Assembly (NCBI GenBank): GCA_041623375.1
Contig: JBFJXA010000001.1
Span: forward strand, 1-56,286
Origin: Gammaproteobacteria bacterium
GTDB lineage: Bacteria; Pseudomonadota; Gammaproteobacteria; Steroidobacterales; Rariloculaceae
Direction of reading: 5' to 3'
DNA: 56,286 nucleotides
Part shown: positions 45,164 through 55,343 of the stretch, in pieces
How positions within the stretch are numbered: position 1 is the stretch's first letter
Layout: each line of letters starts with the position of its first letter
Translations under genes and position numbers: made by a program
Notes under the pieces: generated by a model
The model's database searches: none
What the model was told of the DNA's origin: nothing
The model's input: only the letters and a program-made list of their open reading frames with translations

Positions 45164-46471
45164 ATGCGGGCTGACGTTGCTGCTCCCGATTTAACCTCTC
45201 CTGAGATCAGGACATTGCTCGACGCGTTCGAGTGCGCCCTCGAGGCTGCGTCCCCGTTCAATTGTATGCGCCTGGGTCCTCAGGACTTCGGCGACGCCGG
45301 CACGCTCGTGATCGGCGCCGGAAAAGCGGCTGCGGCGATGGCCGTCGCGTTCAGCGCCGTGGCGCCCGGCAACGTCCGCGGACTGGTCGTGACGCGATAC
45401 GGTCACGGGCTCGAGGACGGCGAGGACACTGGCGAGATCGAAGTTGTCGAGGCCGGCCATCCCGCACCTGACGCCGCAAGCCTGGGCGCCGCCGATCGAG
45501 TGCTCGCGCTCGTCGACTCGATGCGGCCCTCCGAGGCCTTATGGGTCCTGATGTCCGGAGGCGCATCCGCGCTGCTCGCTGCGCCGCTGCCCGGGATCAC
45601 GCTCGAGCACAAACGCGAAGCGGCCGGATGCCTCATGCACGCCGGCGCCGACATTCGCGAGATCAATGCCGTGCGCAAGCATTTGTCCGGTATCAAGGGC
45701 GGTCGGCTCGCCGCACGTGCGCATCCCGCGCGCGTCAACACGCTGGCGATATCCGATGTGCCGGGTGACCAACTTGCGGATATCGGCTCGGGCCCGACGA
45801 CGCCGGATCCGACCACCCAGGCACAGGCGCTCGAGATTCTCGAGCGCTACGGTTGTCCGATCGATGCGGCTGTGCGCGCTGTTCTGACGGCGCCACAGAA
45901 CGAGACACCCAAACCGGGCGATCCGGCGTTCGCGCGCGACACTGCCCAGATCATCGCAACAGCAAGCACCGCGCTCGATGCGGCGCAGCGCCTGCTCGAG
46001 TCACAGGGCTACCGAGTGACTCGGCTCGGCGACAATCTCGACGACCTGGCTCGCGAGCTGGGGGCAGCGCATGCACGGCTTGCCCTGACGGCAGCCGACG
46101 GCGGTGGCCGCCATGCGTTTCTGTCCGGCGGTGAAACACGCGTCGTCGTCACGAACACGGCCGCGCGCGGTGGGCGCAATCTCGAGTACCTCGCCGCGCT
46201 CGGCCGGGGGCTTGCGGGTAGGAACGGCATCTTTGCGCTCGCCGCCGATACCGACGGTATCGACGGCAACGGCGATCATGCAGGCGGCATCGTCACGCCT
46301 GATCTCACCTCACGAGGCCGGGCACGCGGCAGCGACCTTGCGCAAGCGCTCGCGAACAACAGTACCTACGATTATTTCGATCAGTGTAAGCTCCTCGTAC
46401 GGACGGGTCCGACACGGACCAACGTCAATGACTTTCGATTGATTCTCGTCGATACCACCGTGCCGGAGTGA
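45164..46471 (+). CDS. Glycerate 2-kinase / hydroxypyruvate reductase-like protein (MOFRL family, TtuD-like)
   Basis: Start at the internal ATG 45164. GAGKAA..MA, GHP.PD, SGGASAL and SGGET.V motifs, with a C-terminal MOFRL pattern (..DG.DG......G..V......TN.ND). Confidence 0.78.
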   Translation: MRADVAAPDLTSPEIRTLLDAFECALEAASPFNCMRLGPQDFGDAGTLVIGAGKAAAAMAVAFSAVAPGNVRGLVVTRYGHGLEDGEDTGEIEVVEAGHPAPDAASLGAADRVLALVDSMRPSEALWVLMSGGASALLAAPLPGITLEHKREAAGCLMHAGADIREINAVRKHLSGIKGGRLAARAHPARVNTLAISDVPGDQLADIGSGPTTPDPTTQAQALEILERYGCPIDAAVRAVLTAPQNETPKPGDPAFARDTAQIIATASTALDAAQRLLESQGYRVTRLGDNLDDLARELGAAHARLALTAADGGGRHAFLSGGETRVVVTNTAARGGRNLEYLAALGRGLAGRNGIFALAADTDGIDGNGDHAGGIVTPDLTSRGRARGSDLAQALANNSTYDYFDQCKLLVRTGPTRTNVNDFRLILVDTTVPE

Positions 46472-46475
46472 TGCT

Positions 46476-47957
46476 TTGAGCAAGCCAACGAGACGTCCAC
46501 ACCGCCGCCGAACGAAAATCGTAGCTACGCTCGGTCCGGCCACCGATGACGCTGACGTGCTGGAGGCGCTCATCGACGCAGGCGCCGATGTGCTGCGTAT
46601 CAATTTTTCGCACGGTTCCGAAGCCGAGCAGCGAGAGCGCGTCAAAATCGTTCGCGATACGGCAAAGCGCGTCGGCACCAACGTCGCGATCATGGGGGAC
46701 TTGCAGGGCCCGAAGATTCGCATTGAATCTTTCGCGGCCGGTTTCGCGATGCTCGAGCCGGGGCAGGAGTTCGTGCTCGACACGGAGATGGATCCCGCCG
46801 GCGGCAATCCGACGGCAGTGGGCGTCGCGTATAAAAAGCTCGTCGAAGACGTTGCGCCGGGTGATGTGCTGTTGCTCGACGATGGGCAGATCGTGCTCGA
46901 GGTCCGCGAGGTCAACGCGAGCCGTGTTCACACTACGGTGCTCGAGGGCGGCAAGCTCGCAGACAACAAGGGGCTCAACAAGTCGGGCGGCGGGCTCTCA
47001 GCGCCCGCGCTGACCGACAAGGACCGAGCCGACATCAAGCTCGCTGCTGAGCTCGGTTTCGATTTCGTCTCGGTATCGTTCGCCCGAAAAGCCAGGGACA
47101 TTCGCGAGGCGCGGGAGCTCGTGCGCGCCGCTAACGGCCACGCACACATCGTCGCAAAAATCGAACGCGCCGAGGCCGTGAAGAACATCAACAAAATCAT
47201 CGCGGCCAGTGACGTCATTATGGTTGCGCGGGGCGATCTGGCCGTCGAGGTCGGCTATGCCGCGCTGACGGGTTTGCAGAAAGGTCTAATCCGCCGTACG
47301 CGAATGCACAATAAGGTATCGATTACGGCGACACAGATGCTCGAATCGATGATCCATCAGGCCTCCCCGACACGCGCCGAGGTGTCCGACGTCGCCAACG
47401 CCGTCATGGACGGAACGGACGCGGTCATGCTCTCGGCCGAGACTGCCGTCGGAAACTATCCCGTGCAGGCCGTGCGCACGATGAGTGAGCTATGCATGGG
47501 TGCCGAGAAACACGAAAGCTTCCGTCGCGCCAGGAACCAACGCCTCGATGATGTCTTCGAGCACGTTGATGAAGCAATCGCCATGGCAGCAATGTACGTA
47601 GCTAATCACTTCAGGGTCATGGCCATCATCGCCCTGACGGAGTCCGGCACTACGACGTTGTGGATGTCGCGCGTGCGGACCGATATCCCGATCTACGCTT
47701 TCACTCGTCACGAATCGACACGCAATCGTGTGCGCCTGTATCGCGGCGTATATGCGGCAACCTTCGACGTCGTGCATACGCAGGCCGACAACGTGTACCT
47801 CGAGGCATTTCGCGTGTTGCACGAGCAGGGCGCTATCGCTGCCGGCGACCTCGTGCTCTTCACGACGGGCGACGTGCGCGGTGTCGAGGGCCGGACAAAC
47901 ACGCTACAGATCATCGAGGTGCCCGAGGAGATCGGCACGCGCACGGGCAGTGGCTGA
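46476..47957 (+). CDS. pyk: Pyruvate kinase
   Basis: TTG start. [35 protein letters not shown] and TQMLESM motifs. Confidence 0.95.
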   Translation: MSKPTRRPHRRRTKIVATLGPATDDADVLEALIDAGADVLRINFSHGSEAEQRERVKIVRDTAKRVGTNVAIMGDLQGPKIRIESFAAGFAMLEPGQEFVLDTEMDPAGGNPTAVGVAYKKLVEDVAPGDVLLLDDGQIVLEVREVNASRVHTTVLEGGKLADNKGLNKSGGGLSAPALTDKDRADIKLAAELGFDFVSVSFARKARDIREARELVRAANGHAHIVAKIERAEAVKNINKIIAASDVIMVARGDLAVEVGYAALTGLQKGLIRRTRMHNKVSITATQMLESMIHQASPTRAEVSDVANAVMDGTDAVMLSAETAVGNYPVQAVRTMSELCMGAEKHESFRRARNQRLDDVFEHVDEAIAMAAMYVANHFRVMAIIALTESGTTTLWMSRVRTDIPIYAFTRHESTRNRVRLYRGVYAATFDVVHTQADNVYLEAFRVLHEQGAIAAGDLVLFTTGDVRGVEGRTNTLQIIEVPEEIGTRTGSG

Positions 47958-49155
47958 GGGACTCAAGAAGGCCCTGGTTCTGCCGGGTGCGGGCGCTCGC
48001 GGCGCCTATCAGGTCGGCGTCCTCAAAGCGGTCGCGCGCATACTGCCGCGCCACGCGCGTAATCCGTTTGCCGTAATCGCCGGCACATCAGCTGGTGCGA
48101 TCAACGCTGCAGTGCTCGCGAGCCGTGCATCGAACTTCAATGTAGCTGTCGCCGAGATGGAACGGGTCTGGGCGAATTTTGAGGCCGAGCAGGTCTACCG
48201 GACCGACACCTGGACCATGCTCAAATCGAGCTTACATTGGCTCGCCGCGCTGGTATTCGGCGGGCTCGGTGTGCGCAATCCGCATTTTCTTCTCGACAAC
48301 AGCCCATTGCGCGAGCTGCTCGAGCACAACATCAACTTCGACCATATTCAGCGTGCCGTCGACCGCGGCTACCTCGACGCGCTCGCCGTGACGGCATCCG
48401 CTTATACGTCCTCGCGCTCGGTGACGTTCTTCCAGGGCGCAGAGCGATTGCAGCCGTGGGCGCGCGTCCGGCGTGTCGGGCGTCCGGGGCGTATCGGGGT
48501 CGAGCACCTCATGGCGAGTGCGGCCGTGCCATTCGTTTTCTCGCCGGTCAAGATCGGCGGCGAGTACTACGGAGACGGTGCGATGCGCCAGCGGGCTCCG
48601 CTGAGCCCGGCCGTCCATCTCGGCGCCGACCGCATGCTCGTGATCGGCGTGCGCGACGAGCACCCCGACCAGGAACCGCCCGAGGGCGCCGGCGAGGAGA
48701 TGCCGACGCTGGCTCATCTGGCCGGCTATATGCTCGACACATTATTTATGGACGGTCTCTACGCCGATCTCGAGCGCATCAGCCGGCTCAACGCGATCAT
48801 CGACCAACTGCCGGAAGCATCGTTGACCGGGCCCGTCAAGCGGCTCAGGGTTCTCGAGACGCTCCTCATCGTGCCCACAGCGGATTTGCGGACTGTGGCC
48901 GCACGGCATGCACACGAGTTACCGTTGGCGGTGCGGCTGCTGCTCGGCGGTCTCGGCGCGCGCAGCCAGGGCGGTCAGCAGCTAATCAGCTATCTCCTCT
49001 TCGAATCGGGTTACACGCGCGAGCTCATCGACATGGGCTATCGCGACGGGATGGAGATGGAGGACGATCTGCGCGCGTTTCTGTTCGATCAGCCGACCGA
49101 TACGCTCAACACCCGCTTCGATCTCAAGCGCGACCTGCTCTTCGAGATCCCCTAG
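47950..49155 (+). CDS. Patatin-like phospholipase family protein
   Basis: GTG 47950 overlaps the pyk stop by 8 nt. GAGARGAYQVGVL (the oxyanion GxGxxG), GTSAGA (GxSxG nucleophile) and YGDGAM (catalytic Asp) are present. Confidence 0.85.
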   Translation: MAEGLKKALVLPGAGARGAYQVGVLKAVARILPRHARNPFAVIAGTSAGAINAAVLASRASNFNVAVAEMERVWANFEAEQVYRTDTWTMLKSSLHWLAALVFGGLGVRNPHFLLDNSPLRELLEHNINFDHIQRAVDRGYLDALAVTASAYTSSRSVTFFQGAERLQPWARVRRVGRPGRIGVEHLMASAAVPFVFSPVKIGGEYYGDGAMRQRAPLSPAVHLGADRMLVIGVRDEHPDQEPPEGAGEEMPTLAHLAGYMLDTLFMDGLYADLERISRLNAIIDQLPEASLTGPVKRLRVLETLLIVPTADLRTVAARHAHELPLAVRLLLGGLGARSQGGQQLISYLLFESGYTRELIDMGYRDGMEMEDDLRAFLFDQPTDTLNTRFDLKRDLLFEIP

Positions 49156-50006
49156 CCCAGTTCGTGGTGGCGCGTCTTAATTGGTGCGTATTTACCTTCG
49201 AGTCTTTCGGCGACCCGGTCGGCGATGTAGACGGAACGGTGCTGGCCGCCCGTGCAGCCAATCGCGATCGTGAGATATTTGCGCTGGAAGTTCTGATAGT
49301 AAGGAATCCATTTTTCTAGAAACGCGGTGATGTCCGTAATCATCGCATCGACCTCAGGTTCCGCCTCGAAGAATTCCTTGATAGGTGCGTCTCTGCCGCA
49401 CAGGTGCCGTAGCGAAGGCTCCCAATAGGGGTTCGGCAGACAGCGAACGTCGAAAACGAAATCAGCTTCGGCAGGCAGGCCATGTTTGTAGCCGAAAGAC
49501 TCGATGAGTATCGAGAGCCTGTCCACGTCCCGCCCGCCAACCCGCCCGCGGACCTGGTCGCGCAGATCGTAAACCGTCGTCTGGCTGGTATCGATGATGA
49601 GATCGGCCATATCGATGATCGGGCTCAACAGCTTTCTCTCGGCCGCAACAGCCTCGACGAGCCCGAGTTTGTCGCCTGTGAGCGGATGCTTGCGGCGCGT
49701 CTCGCTGAAACGCGTTAGCAAGATGTCGTCGTCGGCGTGAAGGAACACGAGCTCACAGTCGATCCCGCTACCGCGTACCTCGCGGATGAGCGGCGGCAGC
49801 TCGGCTAAATCGGGCACATTGCGCGCGTCCAGGCCGAGCGCTACGAATTCGTAAGCAGGATCCTTGCGGGGCAGGATATCGCGGGTAAAAGACTGCACGA
49901 GTGCGACCGGGATATTGTCGATGCAGTAGTATCCGAGATCCTCGAGCACGTTCAGCGCGACACTCTTTCCCGAGCCCGATAGACCGCTGACGATGATGAG
50001 CCGCAT
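49152..50006 (-). CDS. rapZ: RNase adapter protein RapZ (YhbJ)
   Basis: MRLIIVSGLSGSGKS.AL..LED.G..C.DN.P, ending ..CTGG.HRSV.......... It shares an overlapping CTAG stop with the convergent patatin-like gene. Confidence 0.93.
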   Translation of the reverse strand: MRLIIVSGLSGSGKSVALNVLEDLGYYCIDNIPVALVQSFTRDILPRKDPAYEFVALGLDARNVPDLAELPPLIREVRGSGIDCELVFLHADDDILLTRFSETRRKHPLTGDKLGLVEAVAAERKLLSPIIDMADLIIDTSQTTVYDLRDQVRGRVGGRDVDRLSILIESFGYKHGLPAEADFVFDVRCLPNPYWEPSLRHLCGRDAPIKEFFEAEPEVDAMITDITAFLEKWIPYYQNFQRKYLTIAIGCTGGQHRSVYIADRVAERLEGKYAPIKTRHHELG

Positions 50007-50022
50007 GGCTCGCTCCTCCCGA

Positions 50023-50502
50023 TCAAATGTTGATTCTTCGGTAGACCGCTGTCAGAGAATCGGTAAGCAGCGCGTAGAGATCCTCGGGTCTATCGGTTTG
50101 CCGCAGCTGCTCTTGCAATATTGGATCGCGTAAATGCTCTATGAGTTGCCGGAGATTGTCGATTTCATTGTCGCTGCAATCCAGCGGCATGAGCAAGCCG
50201 AATAGGAGATCGACTGCGTTGCCGTCGGAAGCCTCGAAGTCGACGCCCTCACCCAGGCGCAGGAACGCGCCACGGCTTCGTTCAATACCTTCGATGCGCG
50301 CGTGTGGCATCGCCACCGAATCGCCGAGCGCCGTCGAGCCGAGTCGCTCGCGGTTGACGAGCCCGTCGAGAATGACACCCGGCTTTAGATCTTCGCTGCC
50401 TTCGGCAAGTGTCGTGCTGAGCAGGTCGAGCGCCTGTTTCTTGCTGCTCGCCTGCGGCTCGTATCGCACGCATTGAGGCTCCAATAGCTCTGAGACGTTC
50501 AT
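50023..50502 (-). CDS. ptsN: Nitrogen-related PTS EIIA component PtsN
   Basis: 159 aa. The EIIA(Ntr) pattern includes the phosphorylation site context G..VA.PHAR. It sits downstream of rpoN. Confidence 0.9.
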   Translation of the reverse strand: MNVSELLEPQCVRYEPQASSKKQALDLLSTTLAEGSEDLKPGVILDGLVNRERLGSTALGDSVAMPHARIEGIERSRGAFLRLGEGVDFEASDGNAVDLLFGLLMPLDCSDNEIDNLRQLIEHLRDPILQEQLRQTDRPEDLYALLTDSLTAVYRRINI

Positions 50503-50550
50503 GACGGTCCGATCATCGGGGGGATTATGAGAAGGTCGTTGTTTCCTGGC

Positions 50551-51975
50551 TCATGGCAGCGGGCCTGCTCGCCTGCGTTCGCTCGAGGACGGGATATTCA
50601 TACCCTCACGGTACTTCGCGACCGTCCGCCGGGCGACCTTAATACCCTGCTCGGAGAGCATCTTTGCGAGCTGATTGTCGCTCAGGGGCTTGCCCGGCTG
50701 CTCCGCACCGATAAGTTTCTTAATCTTTGCGCGCACGGCAGTCGAGGACTGCTCGCCGTCCTCGCTCGTAAGGTGACTGGAGAAGAAATAGCGGAATTCG
50801 AAGATTCCCCGCGGCGTATGCATGTATTTATTGGTCGTGACACGCGACACGGTCGATTCGTGCATGTCGATAGCCTCGGCGATGTCCTTGAGAACCATCG
50901 GTCGCATATGCTCCTCGCCGTGCTCGAGAAACTCGGTCTGCCGCTGAACGATCGTCAGCGCAACCTTGAGCAACGTTTCATTGCGTATTTCCAGACTGCG
51001 AATCAGCCAACGCGCCTCTTGAAGCTGTGTTCTCAGGACATCGTAGTCTCCCGCGCGTCCGAGGGAGTTCGCGTAACTCTGGTTTACGCGCAGCGGCGGC
51101 GCCATGGAGTGGTTGAGCTCCACGGTCCAGACCCCGTCTGCGCGTCTGACGTAGACGTCTGGAATGACGTAGTCGGAAGCTGGTGCGTAAATTGCGGCGC
51201 CAGGTCGCGGATGACAGGCACGCACGAGCGCTATCGCGTCGTGTAGCTCGTCGTCGGAAACATTCAGACGCCGACGCAGGGCACTGATCTGATGCTCGGC
51301 AACGAGCTCGAGGCAGTCCGCCGCAACGCGCTTTGCGAGCTCCAGGCCTGGGGTGTCCGATGCGAGCTGCGCGAGCTGTAGCAGCACGCACTCGCTGACG
51401 GAGCGCGCGCCGACCCCGGTGGGATCGAGCCGCTGGATCAGAGACAGCGTCTCTTCGATTTCCTCGATCGTGCACTCGACATCCGGCTGCAGCGTTGAAC
51501 GCACGGTTTCCAAGTCGTCGGTCACATAACCATCGTCGTTGATCGCATCTATGAGCGCGTGGCCGATTGCCTGAGCGCGGGCATCGAGGTGCTCGAGCCC
51601 CAGCTGCCACAGCAGATGCTCGTGCAGCGTCTCTCCGGAGAGATCGGCAAAATCTTGTTGGCCGCGAGGCTCGAAATTGCTGGCACCGGAGCCGATGCCG
51701 ACTTTGGCATCGGCAGTCTGACGGTCGGCCCATTCGGCCTCGACGGCAACGGCGATCTCGTCGCGTTCCTCTTGTGCGTCCGCTGTTGCGTCCGTCTCCG
51801 CCTCGGCGGTCAGCTCGTGCTCGTCGACCTCGAGCATGACGTTTTCGTCCAGGGCCTGCTGGATCTGTGTCTGCAGCTCCATGACCGGTAGCTGTAGCAG
51901 ACGAATCGCCTGCTGCAGCTGGGGTGTCATCGTGAGCTGCTGCGAGAGCCTCAGCTGCAGAGAGGGCTTCAACAT
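50551..51975 (-). CDS. rpoN: RNA polymerase sigma-54 factor
   Basis: MLKPSLQLRLSQQLTMTPQLQQAIRLLQL at the N-terminus and the RpoN box ARRTVAKYRE near the C-terminus. Confidence 0.97.
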   Translation of the reverse strand: MLKPSLQLRLSQQLTMTPQLQQAIRLLQLPVMELQTQIQQALDENVMLEVDEHELTAEAETDATADAQEERDEIAVAVEAEWADRQTADAKVGIGSGASNFEPRGQQDFADLSGETLHEHLLWQLGLEHLDARAQAIGHALIDAINDDGYVTDDLETVRSTLQPDVECTIEEIEETLSLIQRLDPTGVGARSVSECVLLQLAQLASDTPGLELAKRVAADCLELVAEHQISALRRRLNVSDDELHDAIALVRACHPRPGAAIYAPASDYVIPDVYVRRADGVWTVELNHSMAPPLRVNQSYANSLGRAGDYDVLRTQLQEARWLIRSLEIRNETLLKVALTIVQRQTEFLEHGEEHMRPMVLKDIAEAIDMHESTVSRVTTNKYMHTPRGIFEFRYFFSSHLTSEDGEQSSTAVRAKIKKLIGAEQPGKPLSDNQLAKMLSEQGIKVARRTVAKYREGMNIPSSSERRRAGPLP

Positions 51976-51990
51976 GACGGGAATTTTAAC

Positions 51991-52716
51991 CTACAGAGAG
52001 AAGCCTTCTCCTAGATAAACTTCACGGACCTTCTGATCGGCGAGGATTTCCTCCGGAGCGCCCGAGGCCATGAGCTTGCCGTTATGCAGAATGTAAGCGT
52101 GGCCACAGATGCCGAGCGTCTCGCGGACATTATGGTCGGTAATCAACACACCGATGCCCCGCTCGGTCAGCTGACGAATGATTCGCTGGATATCGATGAC
52201 CGATATCGGGTCGACGCCGGCGAAGGGCTCATCGAGCAGCACGAATTTCGGTTCGGCGGCCAGCGCCCGGGCGATCTCGACACGTCGGCGCTCGCCACCG
52301 GACAGGGCGATGCCGAGGCTGTCGCGCACGTGCGCGATATGCAGCTCCTCGAGCAGCTCCTCGAGGACCGAGTGCCGTGTGCCGCGATCGAGGTCTGCGC
52401 GCGTCTGCAGAATCGCACGGATGTTATCGGCAACGGTGAGCTTGCGGAATACGGATGCTTCCTGAGGCAAATAGCCGAGCCCTCGGCGGGCGCGGCTATG
52501 CACAGGCAGGTGAGTGATGTCGAAGCCGTCGAGAATGATCTTGCCGCGATCGCAGCGGATCAGACCGACGATCATGTAGAAAGCGGTCGTCTTACCCGCA
52601 CCGTTCGGTCCGAGCAATCCGACGACCTGGCCGCTTTTGATGTTCAGGGAAAGATCGCTGACCACTTCTCGAGAACGGTAGCGTTTGGCGATCCCGAGCG
52701 CCGAGAGCTCATTCAT
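51991..52716 (-). CDS. lptB: LPS export ABC transporter ATP-binding protein LptB
   Basis: Walker A is GPNGAGKTT, the signature is LSGGERRR and Walker B is LLDEPFAG. The pattern [10 protein letters not shown] is typical of LptB. The start overlaps the lptA stop (ATGA). Confidence 0.96.
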   Translation of the reverse strand: MNELSALGIAKRYRSREVVSDLSLNIKSGQVVGLLGPNGAGKTTAFYMIVGLIRCDRGKIILDGFDITHLPVHSRARRGLGYLPQEASVFRKLTVADNIRAILQTRADLDRGTRHSVLEELLEELHIAHVRDSLGIALSGGERRRVEIARALAAEPKFVLLDEPFAGVDPISVIDIQRIIRQLTERGIGVLITDHNVRETLGICGHAYILHNGKLMASGAPEEILADQKVREVYLGEGFSL

Positions 52717-53342
52717 GGCGCGGGCGAGCTTTCGCGCTCTTCGTCCTCTTCGTTACGCGGCACGATCGTGATGACGACAGGTTCCCCGCAGTCAGAAGAT
52801 CCGGAGGTCAGCTTCTCCTGCGCGAGGTCGTAGACCAGATCGCAGCCGCGAAATTCATTCTGCCCGCTCGCGAACCACGCACTGTCGAGCATGCGCATGA
52901 TCTGCGCAGCATTGTCGTATACGAGACGCGCTGCGCCGCCGCGAACGGGCTCTGCATCGGTATCGCCGAGATCTTCCAGCGTGGCCGGATCGCCAACTAG
53001 CTCGGCCGATTGCAGCTCATTGTCGATGAAAGTCATCAGGGCACTGTCCGCGTTGATGCGTGCCGATTCGACTGTGAACGTCACGTTGCCCGTAAATCGC
53101 CATTCGCCTTCTTCGAAGTCGAGCCCCGTCGCGACTGCCTCGTCGGCGCTGATAGACATGTCGCCCTGGGAGATCGTGAGCCGTCGAAACTCGACTCTGT
53201 TGGTTTGACGGTCGAACGAAGACGATTCCGCATCGAGCGCGATCGGCAGTGGATCGTCCTGAGCCCCCGCGGCGGACAAGACAGACATTAGCAGAGCGGC
53301 GCCGAGCAGCTGGAGCCTATCGATGGAATTGGCCATGCACAC
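52713..53342 (-). CDS. lptA: LPS transport periplasmic protein LptA
   Basis: Signal peptide (..[14 protein letters not shown]) and an OstA-like beta-jellyroll pattern. It lies between lptC and lptB. The start may be ATG 53336. Confidence 0.8.
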   Translation of the reverse strand: MCMANSIDRLQLLGAALLMSVLSAAGAQDDPLPIALDAESSSFDRQTNRVEFRRLTISQGDMSISADEAVATGLDFEEGEWRFTGNVTFTVESARINADSALMTFIDNELQSAELVGDPATLEDLGDTDAEPVRGGAARLVYDNAAQIMRMLDSAWFASGQNEFRGCDLVYDLAQEKLTSGSSDCGEPVVITIVPRNEEDEERESSPAP

Positions 53343-53883
53343 TCGATTCTAGTTCCAGTTGGTCGTCCTGCAAGTTGGCGCTCATGCCGACAGCGTCGAG
53401 CCGCTCCTCTCCGAGCACGAGGCTGACCGTCGTGTCGGTGGTCGCGAGAAACTCGTCCGGCGCAAATCGGAGTCGCGGCGCCCGGATGATCGTGGGCTCG
53501 CGACGATCGTCCGGAATCGAGCTCAGCTGGACTTCACCGCTGAGCTCAATGTAACGCTCATCGTTCGGAATTACACCGCTCTCGGCGCTGACCTCCCAGG
53601 GCACGTCAGTCGTCGGGCTGTAGCGAACGTATACGCCGCTCAATAACGTTTGATTCTGATCGGGACGTTCCTCGATAGCCTCGGCCACTATTTCATAGAG
53701 GACGCTGCCATCGACGTCCATTACCTTGATCGCGGCGTCTCGGAGGTAGTAGCCGAGCGGAGCCGGGGGGGCGTCGTCGGCGCCAAGATCGGGCACGGCC
53801 GTGTCCCGGCTCCAGAACCAGCTTGCGATCGCCGCAGCTCCGAGGAGTGAGAAGCCGAGCGCGTTGCGGTAATTCAGATACAT
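53317..53883 (-). CDS. lptC: LPS export system protein LptC
   Basis: 188 aa with an N-terminal TM anchor (LGFSLLGAAAIASWFW). The size and the position directly upstream of lptA fit LptC. The sequence family is weakly conserved, so the call rests largely on synteny. Confidence 0.72.
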   Translation of the reverse strand: MYLNYRNALGFSLLGAAAIASWFWSRDTAVPDLGADDAPPAPLGYYLRDAAIKVMDVDGSVLYEIVAEAIEERPDQNQTLLSGVYVRYSPTTDVPWEVSAESGVIPNDERYIELSGEVQLSSIPDDRREPTIIRAPRLRFAPDEFLATTDTTVSLVLGEERLDAVGMSANLQDDQLELESSVHGQFHR

Positions 53884-53891
53884 CGATGAAA

Positions 53892-54866
53892 TCAGGTCGC
53901 GAGTGCCTGCCAGGCGATGATGGCATGATAGATCGCGAACGAGCCGAGCATTGCGACTCCGGCGGTTCGACCGAGCTGTCCTCTATTTCTTCTGCGATTG
54001 TACGTTAGGACGAACACGGCCAGCGTCATTCCGGCCATGACGGGATAATGCACGCTCAGGACACCGGGCTCGAATCGGTGTGGTGCGATGATACCGGCGA
54101 TGCCGATGACGGCGAGAAGATTGAAAATATTCGAGCCGATGACGTTGCCGAGGACGAGGTCAGGCTCGTTCTTGCGTGCGCCGGCGATCGAGACGGCGAG
54201 CTCCGGGAGGCTCGTGCCGACGGCGACGATCGTCAGGCCGATGATGACCTCGCTGATGCCGAGCGCCCGCGCCGCACGCTCCCCGCCGAAGACGAGCATC
54301 TCCGCGCCGAACAGGAGAGCTGTCAGCCCGACGGCGAGCCCGAGCACGGCTTTGCCCATCGGCACGTTTTCGGGAATCTCTGCCTCGTACTCGGCGCGCA
54401 ACGGATCGAGAACGCTCGCGCGAAAGCTCAGTAACGTGAGCCAGTAAATCACGCCGCCGAGACTCAACAGCAGGATGACGCTGTCGATGACCCCGAGCTC
54501 GCCGTCGACGAACAACACCAGCGGCGCAAACGTTACCGCGAGCATGGCAGGAAGCTCGCGCCGAAGCGTTTTCGAGGTGGCGATGAGCGGTTGGATCAGT
54601 ACCGCAGAGCCGAGCACGAGACCCAGGTTTGCGATGTTCGAGCCGACGGCATTGCCGATTGCGAGGCCCGGCGTTCCGGAGTGTGCCGCCAACGCCGAGA
54701 CGAGCATCTCGGGTGCCGAGGTTGCGAATCCCACGACGGTGACGCCGATGATAATCGGCGAGACACCGAGATCACGGGCTGTTGCCGATGCGCCGACGAT
54801 AAAGCGATCTCCACCCCAGGCAAGCAGGGCGAGGCCAATGGCCATTGAGCTTAGTATTGTCAGCAT
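53892..54866 (-). CDS. yrbG: Calcium/sodium:cation antiporter (CaCA family, YrbG-like)
   Basis: Two alpha-repeat motifs, G.TVVGFATS.PE and GLTIVA.GTSLPE, each followed by GNV.GSNI.N. There are about 10 TM segments. The position upstream of lptC is as in E. coli yrbG. Confidence 0.85.
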   Translation of the reverse strand: MLTILSSMAIGLALLAWGGDRFIVGASATARDLGVSPIIIGVTVVGFATSAPEMLVSALAAHSGTPGLAIGNAVGSNIANLGLVLGSAVLIQPLIATSKTLRRELPAMLAVTFAPLVLFVDGELGVIDSVILLLSLGGVIYWLTLLSFRASVLDPLRAEYEAEIPENVPMGKAVLGLAVGLTALLFGAEMLVFGGERAARALGISEVIIGLTIVAVGTSLPELAVSIAGARKNEPDLVLGNVIGSNIFNLLAVIGIAGIIAPHRFEPGVLSVHYPVMAGMTLAVFVLTYNRRRNRGQLGRTAGVAMLGSFAIYHAIIAWQALAT

Positions 54867-55097
54867 TTGTCGTTATCGATATACCCGCGGAGGGCGCATC
54901 GGAGGGCTCGCGGCAAATTGTAGAGCCTAGCCCGCGATCTCGCACGGTGGGGGACGTCGGGCTGGGGCATTCGTCGTCGGACTTCGCCTCCATTGAGGCT
55001 CGGAGAGCCGGCGCGCATCGCTCGACCGGGGCTTGCGGGTATTGCGGTTTTCTGCCGTGGGTTAGACTGCACTGTTCGTGATGCTCGAGGAACGCTC

Positions 55098-55343
55098 ATG
55101 GATCCCAATGAAATCGCAGGCCTTATAGAGCAGGGCCTGCCGCAGGCCAAAGTCGAGGTCACAACCGACGGGCAGGGCCACTATCTCGCGCTCGTCATCT
55201 CCGAGGACTTCGCCGGCAAACGCAGTCTGCAGCGGCATCAGATGGTCTATGCGACGCTCGGTACGCGCGTTGGTAACGAGATCCATGCGCTTGCGCTCAA
55301 GACCTTGACGCCCGAAGAAGCCGCGCCGGACGCCGGCGCTTAA
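55098..55343 (+). CDS. ibaG: BolA family protein (IbaG/YrbA-like)
   Basis: 81 aa from the internal ATG 55098. The pattern is ...V.V..DG.H....V.S..F.GK....RHQ.VY..L......IHAL.LKT.TP.E. It lies immediately upstream of murA, as in E. coli. Confidence 0.85.
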   Translation: MDPNEIAGLIEQGLPQAKVEVTTDGQGHYLALVISEDFAGKRSLQRHQMVYATLGTRVGNEIHALALKTLTPEEAAPDAGA

